Part shown: one piece after another, positions 54,032 through 64,000 of the stretch
Numbering within the stretch: position 1 is the first letter of the stretch
Layout of the letters: the number at the start of each line of letters is the position of its first letter
From: Ostrea edulis
Taxonomy: Eukaryota
Direction of reading: 5' to 3'
Length of the DNA stretch: 64,000 bases
NCBI RefSeq assembly: GCF_947568905.1
Contig: NC_079164.1
Span: forward strand, 36,146,001 to 36,210,000
The notes under the pieces: model-generated
Database searches by the model: none
What the model was told of the DNA's origin: nothing
The model's input: only the letters and a program-made list of their open reading frames with translations
Program-made: the position numbers and the translations under genes

Positions 54032-57000
54032 GTTACATAAGTGAATAATCTACTCCCTAAAAAACATATTGATTAGCAAACCAAAAACAACAAACAATAA
54101 TTTTTCACTGCAATGTAAATATGTATATAGATTTAGCACTAGACTTTTCATACATCTTTACTATCATTAGCCTACTTATGTAAATCTGGTTTGGTTGTGT
54201 TGAGGAAGGGACAAATCTACTTGTTTGTGTTGTTGGTCATTCTAGGCTTTATTATATATAAAATCCAGAGAGAGACAGAGAAAGAGGGAGAGATGTACAT
54301 GTATATACATTTATAATGGTTATTATTACAGCATAGCAATAAATTTATTGGGTTTTTGCATGAGGGTTTTCAGAGTGAAAATTAAAAATGTCAGTCTGGG
54401 TGGGGTTAAGGAAAATAACTCCTGATAAAATTTTATTTTCTTGGTCTCCAAGTGACCTACACTACCTTAGAGTCGGCCATTTTTAGTGGTGTGTTGCTAC
54501 TGTAGGCACTCTTACTGAAGGCGATCCCAGCCACGCCATCCTTCATAGCGCTACAATGGAAGGTCAAGGTTAAATGTCAAGGTTAAATATCAAAGTCAAA
54601 TGTAACAAACAGGTAGCTCCTATCCGTCAAACAAATAATAAACCATTAAAGCACTTCAGCCTTCAAGATATGTATCGGACCAGGGCTGTTTTCTGTATAG
54701 CTAGGTTTATGACTTAATTGCTATATATATATATATATTTAACTTGATGTGTCAATATGATACGAATGTCTCCAATGACCTACAAGTTTTGAAATATTTG
54801 AAAGTCCAGGGATGTAAAAATAACACTAGGTGCGGATAAAACAGACTGAAATAGAATATAATGTATCACATATCCTGCTTATGTATTCTTGAATAAGTTC
54901 TGAAGAGACCATGGGCTAGCTAGGTAGACTGTAAAGTACAAAGACAAACTCTGGATGCAGAAAGGAATTCAATCACTGAGTTATTTTATTAATTGAGATT
55001 TTATATAGAATATTGCATTTATTCAAGGTACAAAAACCTTGAGTTGACAATATAATGTCATTTTGTATGAATTAGATTAAAAAATGACAATATTTGCAAA
55101 CTGTTCATTTGACACATTTTGTAACAATTTAAAATAAAAATCCATTTGTTCATTTTGTCAATGTCATTTGTTCATTTTATTTAAGTATACATATAAATTC
55201 CAATGATTTTTTTAACACGACTTTGATATCTTTTAAGTCTAAGGGCAATGACCCTACCAGGTAAAAGGAGGTCAGTAAACAGGCAAGAGGGTGAAACTTA
55301 ATCTGGGATTTAATGTAATAAAACTACAAGTACATGTACACACTGTCATGTTCAGTTCATTATCGTAACAAGCACAATTTAATACATAAAAGTCTGGAAA
55401 TAATATAATTTTTTCAAGGCAATAATTTAAAAAAAAAAAAATGTGTTGATCAACATGAAACTCGAACTTTGTGTCATTGATATATTGAGATAACGCTGTC
55501 TACAAACACCCCCCCCCCCCCCAAAGTCCAGAAAACTGTAAATTAGAAGTATTCAAAGTTTAAGTGCAGTTATCAGTAACTTCATTAAAAAAAATAGTCA
55601 ATTGACATGAAACTTGAATTTGATCTTTTAAGTCATCAATATAGAGACATACTGAAAATTAGGTCATTACCCACCAGCACAGCAAACAGAGTCTGGAAAA
55701 ATTACCAAGAGGAATGACAGAAATATGGACAGAAAAAGTAACACTTTCTGCCCCGAGCTGTTTCATAGCAGGAGGCATAAATATATCTGGAATCTTCCTT
55801 TAGTGTACCTTGTTGTTGGTTGTCCATTTTTACTGGAAATTTGAACTGTGGACACAAACCATTGGAGGTACTGATCCTGTGAAAATTAAAACTTGAGTAG
55901 TCAATTCTGGCAGCTTAAAATCGAGCAGCGCAGTTCCAGCAGTATATAGGTCTAATTAAAAACAGAGTCATTATTCTACTCCTCTAGGTGAGAAGTTATA
56001 ATTATCAATCTTAACTGTAGTATATTACATATGTGACAGGTAGGGAGAAAATGTAATAGACCAGACTATAAGATTCGAACAGAGACCCCCTAAATTTCTA
56101 GCAACTAAGATATCTGGACATCGGTGCTCGAACTTGTCTGACCACCACACATAAAACTTATCTGGACACCGGTGCTCGAACTCGTCTGGCCATCACACAT
56201 AAAACTTATAGTCAAAATTGCATCATTAAATTCTCTGTAGTTAGAACTGGTTTGAATTCGATTTTTATAAATTTCTTTGCAAAATTTAAGAAGGTACACA
56301 CTATATTATGCAGTTTTTTCATGTACTACACTGCTAAAGCAATAAATGTATATTTATTACACAACATATATTTTTATAATTATCCTTACCATATACACCT
56401 AACAATTGTACATTTTATAATCATAGACCGACGGAAACACACTACTTACCCTAAGTATGACGATTTTGGCTTCTGGAAGTGAACATTTGGAGTGAGTACA
56501 TTTAATGAAGATGTGTGGCAGCCAGTAGAATACAAGACGAAGAAGGCCAGCGGTGATGATGATGAAAAACCAAACAATGACTTTTCTGACCAGACTCGGT
56601 CGATAACCACTGATTTCCTGTTAGTGTGAATCAATGAAAAAATATCTGTACCACTCAGAATCTACAGAAAACAACACAGTATTAAAAACACATGCAGTTA
56701 CAGCGAACATTCTTATAATGAATTCACATTTACAGTAAAACACAGTTACAGCGAACATGCTTATAATGAATTCACACTTACAGTAAAACACGGTTACAGC
56801 GAACACGCTTATAATGAATTCACATTTACAGTAAAACACAGTTACAGCGAACACACTTATAATGAATTCACATTTACAATAAAACATGGTTACAGCAAAC
56901 ACTCTTATAATGAATTCACACTAACAACGAACTGATTTTTATTCTCTTTAGATATGTAAACAAATTGTAAACTTATTGGATAAATGAATTACACGTATGT

Positions 57001-60000
57001 TTACAACATATTAAATTTTTTGTTCCCAGTAATGTGCTATAAAGGTGTTTTACTGTATAAAGATTTTAAAATGATGCTCTTTCTTTTCAAGATGTATATG
57101 CTAAAACGATTTAAAACACTTAAAAAAATAATTCAACTTATAAACAATTATTCAACAAAGATCATCTCAATAACATCTGTGTCAAGCTGTTGAAATTATC
57201 GACTCTGAATCACTGCAACATTAACCTAGCTGCACAAAGGGTCATAATTTGAGAGAGAAACTTCAACTAAAATGCATATCAAACTAGGAAGAACTGTTTT
57301 AGCACACTAAAACTGATGTCTCCCCTTCCATTTTTTATAGGTTTTTAAAAACATATTTAGGGATCATCTTTAAAGTGGAAAATTAAGACTTACGGTACAT
57401 AACATTTGCCTATATACATATGAGCTTCAAACAAGGAACAGTGTTGTGAACATATGATAGTGAATTAATCTTGCCAACATACCAAATATCAAAGGCCTAT
57501 ATCAAAACACAAACAAAAGTTATGATCCGGACCAAAAAATTGGTCCAAAAATTCTATTATTTGACCTTTACATAAAAGGTCAAGGTCAAAGGTCATCAAA
57601 AATGGTATGCGACACACTGTCTTAATATCATGGTATACCCACAAACCAAATATCAAAGGCCTATGTGAAAAGACAAAAAAGTTATGGCCCGGACAAACTT
57701 AATTTGTATGTTGATCGAAGAACAAGAAGAAACAATATGTCCCCGTTCTGGGAAGGGAGACATAATTACCAATCTACATGCATAATTAGAGTCAATTATA
57801 CTAAATTTACATAGCTTTCATCAAGACCCTCCCAATCCCCTTAAAACTAAATATGATATGATAATGTTGATACAAATTGATTAGTTCAGACTTAACAGTT
57901 CAGGTATTAATAACAATTTAGATACCTTTTCTAATGTTTATTCAGAAATGAAAGTGTACATGTAATATTTAAAGGTAACTATGAATGTATCATTAAAAGA
58001 CTTAATCTGTGTTCCAAGCAAATTGTATAATCAAAACTTACAGATTTTGATCCCTCCTTGAATTTAGATTTTTAGATCTTCTGTTTGTTTTATACAGTCA
58101 TGTGTCTTATAGTTATAGTTACATGTATGTAATACTAATAATTTATGTTGGCCAAAAGCTCTGCAGTCTGCTATGTTTTCCCATGTTGTGCAACATTCAC
58201 CAACTAAAAATAAAGTTTTATCTTATCTTTCTCGTTTAAAAGGCTAGACTAAGATTTTTATTACACTCTACTTATGTATACTATTCCATTCCATCATTGT
58301 TTCTATAAACTTGACCCACTGCGACAAAGACTGAGTGAAGACAGTAGGTCAATGCTTGATCGGCAATGCTTAAAGTCTTAATTAACACATTATGGCCTTG
58401 TTGTTCTTGAGAAGAATTTTCATTAACATTTTTATAAAAAAATTCTGTATTGTGATTCCACCTTGCTAAAGATCTGCATGCAATTAATTAGGTCCATGTC
58501 CTTTTTTTTTTTTTTTTTTTTTATATATCTTCATTTTATATCAGTGACCTTGATCATATGATCTTCAGTGATTATCACATGACCTTGTGTGATGCTCACA
58601 TGACCTTGGGTGATGATCATGCAACCTTTGTGTCAATCATGTGCATCTCTATATAATTCCTCTCAAAATTCTGCCCCAAACACGCAAGAATATCATGGTT
58701 ACACAGACAGAAAGACAGGGTGATTCTTATAATCCCAAACTTTCCTTGCTATTGTTATTTAATTTTATAAAGGGCAGAGAGTATATGATCCTCTTGTTGA
58801 GTATATTCAAGGTATTGGTCATAATGATCGAATTTGGTGTAAATTTGGTCCAATAGTTCCATTGATAAGACCAAAAAATGTGAAAACTTACAGACAAGTT
58901 GAGATGGCCCACAACGAACATCACTTCCTCCTGATGTGACCTAGTTTAGTACCACATCAACTATACAAAATCTTTTTCTCAGAGTATATGAGTTCCAAAC
59001 TCTTACCATTTGATCCTCCTGTCCTGGGTTGACATACTGGAAGCCCGCCTTCATAGGAGGAGGGCCCGAGAGCCCCACCTTCACCTTCACCTCCTCTGTA
59101 AAATACAAATTCCTTAATCAATCATTAGCTTTATATACTTCAATCTTTACAATACATTGTACTTTGGTTTCACCATTTTTTGTGGGTATTTGAATTTCTT
59201 AAGATTTGTCAAAAAGTAAAATTGATGAAACTAAGATATGCCTAATTTCATATATGTACATGTATTGTAGTTTGAATTCTTGCTGTATAAAACTATTGAC
59301 CTCCAACTACATGTATGAGATCTGAGTTTGACTAGTTAAGACTAGTAATTTGATGGTCATGCATATCATCTATGAGATTATGAACTACAATCCCTCACAC
59401 CAGCATACTTCATGAAGGACATTAATTAGAAAAGTATGTGTCAGTGTGAGGCATTGCATTTCATACCCTTTAGGTATATTTCAAAAATTACCTGGGTAGA
59501 TTCATATTTTTTATATTTAATAAATATAGTTATGTCCCAGCAGTTAATTTAGAATATATCAGGCATATACTATATCAATAAAATTCATACACAGGTACAA
59601 TGCTCAAAGCTGCACAGCATATTCATGAGGAAACAGCTATCATGACAGTTTGTAAAGATGTCAAAGGTATTTGCTGTTTTGACTCAATATGTTCTCTACT
59701 GGGTGTAATATGATGGGTTAAAAATCAGGACAAAATCTTAAAATTTCATTCAGGTTATTTAAAGTCTGGTTCCTGACCATGATCTATACAAAATTTAAAC
59801 AGGTAAGCAGCAGCTAGTTGTCGTGTATACCTATAAACTAACACAGTACATCAGGTGTGTGGAGAGACAGAAATTCACCTTCTAAATAATTCTTCATGAA
59901 TTAAAGCCAATTCACTCTGACATTTTGAAAATAATAGACCTAAAACAAAGAAAACATCTAAGGCTTATACTGCAAACATGGAAATTTATGCAACAGGGTT

Positions 60001-63000
60001 AAATACACATTACAAGATTTTCACATAATACCCCCACACATGATGTAATTCCTTGATTAAAGATACTGACATCATGTAATTTAAACCGCTACACCTGTAT
60101 ATGGTTTGCAAAGGATATATGTGATATCAACATGAGGAAATATGCACATTAAATGCTTGTTATTGTGATATCCCATTTTCTTAGAATGCTCAGACAGTGC
60201 TTGTCTGTCAGAAAACTGAAACAGCTAGCCAAGGAATACAGTAATTTCTACTGAGTCTGATTGGTTTGACTGCCGATTGATTGCTAATTTCTAGTCTGAT
60301 TGGTTTGACTGCCATGATTGCTAATTTCTACAGAATGATTGGTTGGGATGCCATTGTCATGCTAATGTTATATGATTTAGTGTAGCATTGTAAATTTAAC
60401 TTGTCAAATAAACCACACATTTCAAGTTTTTCAAAGTAAATTTAACTCATCTTGGAATTTAAAAAAAATCATCTTCTTAACAGTCTATTGGTTAAATTTT
60501 TGACAAACTTGCACATACGCAACACAATATGATGTAGATTTCAATTTTTCAAGGCATCACCCCTGTGTAAAGGCCATAGCCTCAAGGTCATTTCAAAATT
60601 GATGATTTTCAGAAACTTATCATTGCATGGCTACATTTTTTGCACTATATATATAATCATCACATTTCACATAAATCATTCTTTGTGACAAGACTTGACT
60701 TCTGTATGTTACTGTGACTTGACCTCTGTATTACGATGACATTGACCTTTAAAATACCTTCAGTCTTCTTTTTTTGCAAATAACATTTTAGTTTCCTCTC
60801 TGGTAGAACTTAAACATTTCATTTGTGTATTCTCTTTAAAAGCCCTGTATTCTAATGGTACAAAAGTATTTGACTTTGCAACCTTGATGTTGACCTTTGA
60901 TTTACTTAATTGGCCATGACTTTTGAGATGCAAGCAACAGTCCATTCAAATTTAATTCGATAGCACAGATAAAGATAGCTGACGTTTTAATGGACTAAAA
61001 TTATTGACTTTTACATGACCTTTACGCTTAACCTACTTTCCAAAAAATAGTAATTTGCTTGTAAACCTGTACAACAAATTTCATCAGGTATTTCTAGGCC
61101 CATGAACTGTTTGCTTTCTTTAATTTTAGTCATTTGTTTCATAATTTTTATCTTCATAATAATATTTTAGCTTTAATTAAAATTCTTTAGTAGATATGTT
61201 GAATTAGTCATGGTAAATATGAATAGTTATAGCAGTCTAATAAACTGTTTCTGTTTACTGACTATAATTAAAATGTTTTAAAGTAGAAACTTTATATGAA
61301 TTTCTTCTTATGTACTCATGCATGTTTTGTGTAAAAAAAATTTTGTTACCAAGGTGTTAAAGATCTGTTACCACACATCAATCATCTATGTTGTTGCATT
61401 TATGATAATGTGAAAAGGTTGTACATGTATGTACAATGAAACAATGGTAGAGATTTTCATTTCTGTACATCAAAAATTACCACTGTTAGCAGACGCTATT
61501 TATAAGCTCGCCCTGGCCCTGTAACATTTAGTAAACATCAAATTGTTTGGAAGAATGTGAAAACTTACTTTCTTTAGCCATATATGCCCTCACAATATGA
61601 TCTACCTGTGAACTTTAATTAAGCTTGGCATGTCTCTATCAGGTATTCATACTAGCAGGTAGTACTGCTTGAATGAACACAAATACTGGTCTCCTACACT
61701 TCTTCATGATCATGTGTACATGTTGTTGGGAAGTGTTTGCATTCACAAGGTCATGAACCAAGTCATCTTTACCAAACAGTACCCAACAAATTATAATATA
61801 TTACATTTTTTTTTTTACACCTTTGTTTAATATGCTTCAAATATGTCAATCATTACTGAGGCTCACCTGAATGAAATTCAGTCAAATCATATGACAACTA
61901 AGTCATGAATGACTAAAATTAGTAATTATAATAAATGTATCCCAACAGATTTGTACACTGTCTTGCCTGACATTTTTAGGCAAATCTAGGTTCATGACAG
62001 CCCAAGACTGGAAACCCAAACGAAGCAAAGAAGACTGAAGGAAACATGGAGAAGAACTGTGGAAAGAGAGGAAAGAACTGGGATTCAGGTAGTAGGATGA
62101 GGAAAGCCAAAGACAGAACAGAGTGGTGAGAAACTATTCATGGGACCCAGTTCATGGAACTGAAAATGAGGTTCTGATAATAATGGAAAGAATGGCAAAC
62201 ATTTACATTCATCAATGTTTGTCAATAAGAAAACTCTGTTTCATTGAATATAAGTCACCTTTCATCTTAAAATAAATGCTTATACTCATAAAAAACAAGA
62301 GGCCCCTGGGCCACATTGCTCACTGAGTAACATTGACGGGGCCTGCTGTTGTGATTTTTAAAAGAAATGTTGTCACTCTTTAATCCCTGAAAATTTTTGG
62401 CCCCATATTGTGCCCTCAACCTAGCCCTAAAGGATCATGACATAACTAACAAGAGGCCCATGGGCCACATCACTCACCTGAGTCACTTTGGCCCATATTC
62501 AACATTTTTTTTTACCTACATATTCACATATAAAACTTTGATCACAATTGTGGCCCCAACCCATCCCTGGGGGCCATGTTTTTTACAAACTTGAATCGAT
62601 CTGCACTATGTCTGGAAGCTTTTATGTAAATTTGAACTTTTCCAGCCCAGTGGTTCTTGAGAAGATTTTTAAAGATTTTCCCTATATATTTGCATGTAAA
62701 TATTTTATTCTCTATTGTGGCCCCAACGTACTCCAGGGAGCCATGATTTTTACAAAATATCTGGAAGCTTTTACAAAAATGTAAACTTTTCTGGCCCAGT
62801 GGTTCTTAAGAAGATTTTTAAAGATGTAAAACTTTGAACCCCTATTGTGGCCCCATTCCTACCCCCCAGGCCATGATTTTAACAAACTTGAATCTGCACT
62901 ACTTAGCATATCAGGAAGCTTTCATGTAAAATTCTGGTCTTTTTTAATGATCCCACCCTATTTTTGCATTTTCGTGATTTATCTCCCCTTTGGAAGAGCA

Positions 63001-63994
63001 TGGGCCTTCATTTAAACAATTTGAATCCCCCCCCCCCCCCCCCCCCTTCACCGATGAATGATTTGTACAAAGTTTAACTGAAATTGGACCATTCTTCTGG
63101 AGAAGATGAAAATGGTAAAAGTTTATGTATGGATGGACATGCAGAAAGAATAGTTCACTTGAGCTTTCAGCTCAGGTAGCTCAGGTGAGTTAAAAAACCA
63201 AGCTGTGTCAAAATACAAATAATACCGATGTGCACTTACTCAAATGGTTTATTAGCGAGACACATATTTAGCAATTTTTCCATAAATCATGGGTATATTT
63301 AGCGAGAGCTAATTTTAGCAACTTTAGAATTCCAAGAAAGATCGCTATTACCTCTGATATGGAATAAATATTAGTGACATTCAATTTCAATTGTTTGGTA
63401 CAGTCATGCAGAGGTTATGCACTAGGCCTATTCAAGGTTTCAGCTTTTTAAATTATTATAGGAGGAATACTACATCGTCATTATGGCCGACTTCCTTTGA
63501 AAAACACAAATATCAGCAATATACATTCCTTCTAAATCGAATTGCCTTAGCTGGGTAGCTCAATTATGTGTCAATTGCTGATCTGTAGTTCAAGTTTAAG
63601 ATTTTATTCCTCCTTAAGGTATTCAAAGTATAAAAAAAGGATATTGTACCAATTTTGAAGGATTTGAATCAAAATATATTGTTAAATAATGATGAAAGTG
63701 AAGTAGATGAAATTCACATGACTGGTAAATGATTAGCTGACCTTTTTGCACGTTTAAAGACATTTTTGAAGTTATCAGTGCCCTGTGCAAAAATAAGAAA
63801 AATCAAATTTTCTAAAAATGTGAGGTAAAAGATTATTTTTATATAGAGAAAGTGTATGCAACTTTCTACTTCAGATATTTACTTTGATCAGTTGAACAAA
63901 CTTTACAGCCACTGTAACAGAGCTGTCCCTTAATTCATTCCACCATCTTGTCAACTTATCTAATTACAAACTGCCTTTGAATCTTACCTGCCAT
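15400..63994 (-). CDS. ATP13A3: P5B-type ATPase (ATP13A2/ATP13A3-like polyamine transporter), whole coding span: 30 exons, about 1285 aa
   Basis: Exons join with consistent phases and sum to 3858 nt. Motifs: NPGQEDQM N-terminus, SPFYIFQ, TGES, P5B-specific PPALP, DKTGT, KGAPE, TGDN, GDGANDC. The symbol names the closest family member; 1:1 orthology was not tested. Confidence 0.95.
17078..21196. repeat. ~4.1-kb 15-bp minisatellite (acagaacacactcct / acacaacacactcct) with higher-order structure
   Basis: About 270 units; C/A-rich on +; fills most of the last ATP13A intron; source of the CRSVF, VGVC and QNTLL ORFs. Confidence 0.98.
21247..21419 (-). CDS. ATP13A3: ATP13A exon 29 (TM9-10)
   Basis: (Y)[57 protein letters not shown]|gtaac. 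Confidence 0.92.
21860..22005 (-). CDS. ATP13A3: ATP13A exon 28 (TM8)
   Basis: (W)[48 protein letters not shown](t)|gtaagt. Confidence 0.94.
22755..22905 (-). CDS. ATP13A3: ATP13A exon 27 (TM7)
   Basis: (F)[49 protein letters not shown](tg)|gtatt. Confidence 0.94.
23047..23210. mobile_element. MITE with tacagtaaaacacactt... termini
   Basis: Left end tacagtaaaacacacttac; right end ataagtgggttttactgta is its inverted complement. Confidence 0.65.
23494..24329. repeat. 42-bp minisatellite x20 containing the exon 26 splice donor
   Basis: Minus-strand unit ACAT|GTAAGTCACACACAATTAAACTACACCCGAGTACACTC; ORF 23472..24359 gives 19 full [14 protein letters not shown] units plus a partial one. Confidence 0.97.
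24329..24401 (-). CDS. ATP13A3: ATP13A exon 26 (TM6)
   Basis: ttgacag|[24 protein letters not shown](t)|gtaagt. Confidence 0.94.
24673..24769 (-). CDS. ATP13A3: ATP13A exon 25 (TM5)
   Basis: (R)[32 protein letters not shown]|gtcagt. Confidence 0.95.
24890..25042 (-). CDS. ATP13A3: ATP13A exon 24 (GDGANDC)
   Basis: [50 protein letters not shown](ag)|gtaaat. Confidence 0.96.
25229..25308 (-). CDS. ATP13A3: ATP13A exon 23
   Basis: tttctag|[26 protein letters not shown](gg)|gtaaat. Confidence 0.95.
25572..25688 (-). CDS. ATP13A3: ATP13A exon 22
   Basis: ttacag|[39 protein letters not shown]|gtatgt. Confidence 0.92.
25699..26412. mobile_element. Helentron-like non-autonomous element with internal tandem subunits
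   Basis: Starts aaacaagatgtgtttgtgaaacac; ends cagacagacaggcc...ggggcataaaaa; internal aaggtcaaggtca-type subunits. Confidence 0.6.
26500..26669 (-). CDS. ATP13A3: ATP13A exon 21 (completes TGDN)
   Basis: (G)[29 protein letters not shown]...HDKST|gtgagt. Confidence 0.94.
26733..27360. mobile_element. Helentron/HINE-like non-autonomous element
   Basis: aaacaagaggcccaagggccacatcgctcacctgag ... gacgac microsatellite ... ggctcaggtgagctaaaa (subterminal inverted motif). Related ends at ~506-1668, 10610-10642, 11551 and 45281. Confidence 0.75.
27466..28160. repeat. 43-44 bp minisatellite x~16
   Basis: Unit taattgtttgtccccagcacttcactataagtgtgttttactg. Confidence 0.97.
28215..28558. repeat. 32-bp minisatellite x~11
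   Basis: Unit aagtcagttaatgtagaagtcacatcagtt(a/g)t. Confidence 0.97.
28655..28779 (-). CDS. ATP13A3: ATP13A exon 20
   Basis: (R)[41 protein letters not shown](g)|gtgtg. Confidence 0.95.
29258..30205. repeat. 23-bp minisatellite x~41
   Basis: Unit ctggattgatgtgataa(tg/ca)cccc; a 23-aa period is seen in all three minus-strand ORFs. Confidence 0.97.
30231..30351 (-). CDS. ATP13A3: ATP13A exon 19 (ends at a GC donor)
   Basis: (V)[39 protein letters not shown](ag)|gcaagt; the next exon requires a phase-2 donor. Confidence 0.9.
30445..30601 (-). CDS. ATP13A3: ATP13A exon 18 (KGAPE)
   Basis: tttcccag|[52 protein letters not shown](g)|gtaaa. Confidence 0.94.
30703..31713. mobile_element. 1-kb TIR element with an internal AT-rich repeat array (foldback-like)
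   Basis: ~45-bp TIR tatggagcgccaaattaacataaactcaaataattgaagatatc and its inverse; TA-bounded; interior built of attgatgagagcaataattgaatt units in both orientations. Confidence 0.85.
32062..32178 (-). CDS. ATP13A3: ATP13A exon 17
   Basis: [39 protein letters not shown]|gtcag. Confidence 0.92.
32698..32848 (-). CDS. ATP13A3: ATP13A exon 16 (N domain)
   Basis: [50 protein letters not shown]|gtatgt. Confidence 0.95.
33586..33647 (-). CDS. ATP13A3: ATP13A exon 15
   Basis: ttacag|[20 protein letters not shown](tt)|gtagg; completes DKTGT. Confidence 0.93.
33926..34126 (-). CDS. ATP13A3: ATP13A exon 14 (TM4 PPALP, start of DKTGT)
   Basis: [31 protein letters not shown]...[20 protein letters not shown]|gtaag. 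Confidence 0.96.
34240..34320 (+). mobile_element. Retroposon (LINE/SINE) 3' fragment
   Basis: actagaggtgggatcgggtgcctaggaggagtaagcatcccctg resembles a common bivalve retroposon 3' segment (recalled from memory, not searched). Confidence 0.4.
34317..34672. repeat. 52-bp minisatellite x~7
   Basis: Unit tgtgacattgcacattaagtcaagcagtgttgaatgaggcacgatacacatt. Confidence 0.96.
35175..35320 (-). CDS. ATP13A3: ATP13A exon 13 (TM3)
   Basis: (G)[48 protein letters not shown]|gtatg. Confidence 0.95.
35625..35801 (-). CDS. ATP13A3: ATP13A exon 12 (completes TGES)
   Basis: (G)[14 protein letters not shown]...[27 protein letters not shown](g)|gtaaa. Confidence 0.95.
35862..36343. repeat. ~32-bp minisatellite, left part
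   Basis: Unit aagtcacttatattgaactatctgttatattg; resumes at 38175. Confidence 0.93.
36344..38174. mobile_element. 1.83-kb non-coding TIR element inserted in the minisatellite
   Basis: Termini (t)agcaacaaccac / ggtggtggttgct(a); flanking duplication acttatatt at 36335-36343 and 38175-38183; internal poly-C and a ~175-bp direct repeat. Confidence 0.82.
38175..38425. repeat. ~32-bp minisatellite, right part
   Basis: Same unit as 35862-36343. Confidence 0.93.
38645..38776 (-). CDS. ATP13A3: ATP13A exon 11 (A domain)
   Basis: [43 protein letters not shown](g)|gtga. Confidence 0.95.
38912..38975 (-). CDS. ATP13A3: ATP13A exon 10
   Basis: ttgtag|[21 protein letters not shown](a)|gtaag. Confidence 0.88.
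39729..40843. repeat. 37-bp minisatellite x~30
   Basis: Unit gtttacactgttgggagaatgtgattgtgtggatatg. Confidence 0.98.
40980..41114 (-). CDS. ATP13A3: ATP13A exon 9 (TM1-2)
   Basis: [45 protein letters not shown]; ag/gtaa. Confidence 0.95.
41255..41324 (-). CDS. ATP13A3: ATP13A exon 8
   Basis: ttgtag|a [23 protein letters not shown]|gt. Confidence 0.92.
41410..41484 (-). CDS. ATP13A3: ATP13A exon 7
   Basis: tttacag|a [24 protein letters not shown](cg)|gtgag. Confidence 0.9.
41842..41927 (-). CDS. ATP13A3: ATP13A exon 6
   Basis: tttttag|[28 protein letters not shown](ga)|gtaagt. Confidence 0.9.
42855..44478 (+). mobile_element. Decayed Ty3/Gypsy LTR-retrotransposon pol fragment, order INT-RT-RNaseH (Gmr1-like)
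   Basis: Integrase [11 protein letters not shown]...[33 protein letters not shown] (42858-43490); [46 protein letters not shown] (43800-44375); RNase H YPTIEK...[10 protein letters not shown] (44398-44478). Many stops and frameshifts. Confidence 0.92.
44509..45039. mobile_element. hAT-like non-autonomous element, 531 bp
   Basis: TIR tagtgatggg / cccatcacta; 8-bp TSD cagtttgg / cagtttag (one mismatch). Confidence 0.8.
45993..46482. mobile_element. MULE-like MITE, 490 bp
   Basis: ~58-bp TIR catcttcacaa...acctcacactaacccttgacatcagt; perfect 9-bp TSD ccttgaata (45984-45992, 46483-46491). Confidence 0.87.
46866..46918. repeat. (TA)n microsatellite
   Basis: About 26 TA units. Confidence 0.95.
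48387..48895. repeat. ~35-bp minisatellite x~14
   Basis: Unit gtggatgatgctaatttcacacacacagatttgtg, with a variable (ca)n. Confidence 0.93.
51125..51647. mobile_element. PIF/Harbinger (Tourist-like) MITE, 523 bp
   Basis: ~47-bp TIR ggggtcatccataattgtcaaccattttccaaagtgtgcaaaa(a)gcac; 3-bp TSD TTA (51122-51124, 51648-51650). Confidence 0.88.
52750..54029. mobile_element. Helentron/HINE-like element with a tandem satellite core
   Basis: Same termini as 26733-27360; interior has repeated aaaactttgatcccctattgtggcccc...aaacttgaatctgcactatgtcaggaagc units. Confidence 0.78.
54466..54550 (-). CDS. ATP13A3: ATP13A exon 5 (variable loop)
   Basis: ttgtag|c [28 protein letters not shown]|gtagtg. The only candidate I found that bridges phase 2 to phase 0; poorly conserved. 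Confidence 0.6.
55809..55876 (-). CDS. ATP13A3: ATP13A exon 4
   Basis: tttcacag|[22 protein letters not shown](ag)|gtac; phase 0-2. Confidence 0.85.
56050..56120 (-). mobile_element. Decayed tRNA-derived SINE head
   Basis: Reverse complement resembles ccagata.c..agttg.tagaa...agggggtctctgttcgaatc (A-box/B-box-like). Confidence 0.4.
56450..56617 (-). CDS. ATP13A3: ATP13A exon 3 (N-terminal membrane hairpin)
   Basis: 168 nt; [56 protein letters not shown]; cag/gtaagt. Confidence 0.93.
56690..56905. repeat. 48-bp minisatellite x~4.5
   Basis: Unit tacagtaaaacacagttacagcgaacatgcttataatgaattcacatt; 16-aa period in ORF 56621..56902. Confidence 0.92.
59007..59095 (-). CDS. ATP13A3: ATP13A exon 2
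   Basis: tttacag|AG...ATG|gtaag; (E)[29 protein letters not shown], similar to the ATP13A3 N-terminal NxGQEDxM. Confidence 0.88.
62293..63196. mobile_element. Helentron/HINE-like element(s) with a duplicated start
   Basis: aacaagaggccc.tgggccacat..ctcac at 62293 and again at 62448; ends ctcaggtgagttaaaaa. Confidence 0.72.
63988..63994 (-). CDS. ATP13A3: ATP13A exon 1, coding part (ATG GCA G)
   Basis: gacacaATGGCAG|gtaag with a good Kozak context. The phase-1 donor fits the phase-1 acceptor at 59095. The exon runs off the window end. Confidence 0.55.
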
Positions 63995-64000
63995 TGTGTC

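Overview
Eukaryotic, AT-rich, repeat-dense genomic DNA. The interspersed repeats resemble those of oysters and other bivalves (inference). Two protein-coding genes point towards each other. (1) On +, the last two coding exons of a diverged eIF5A (340-474, 1693-1755) and a probable 3'UTR exon from 3156. (2) On -, an apparently complete P5B-type ATPase gene (ATP13A2/3-like, polyamine transporter family). I assembled it by hand into 30 phase-consistent coding exons (63994 to 15400; 3858 nt, 1285 aa plus stop). PPALP, DKTGT, TGES, KGAPE, TGDN and GDGANDC are all intact, and one intron is GC-AG. Most long ORFs in the supplied track are read-throughs of minisatellites. The introns hold many distinct minisatellites, non-autonomous TIR elements with 3-, 5-, 8- and 7/9-bp TSDs, Helentron-like elements with satellite cores, and a decayed Gypsy element with integrase before RT (Gmr1-type order). 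The most unusual structure is a 42-bp array that copies a real splice donor 20 times in frame with no stop codon. All exon calls are manual, made without RNA or database evidence.
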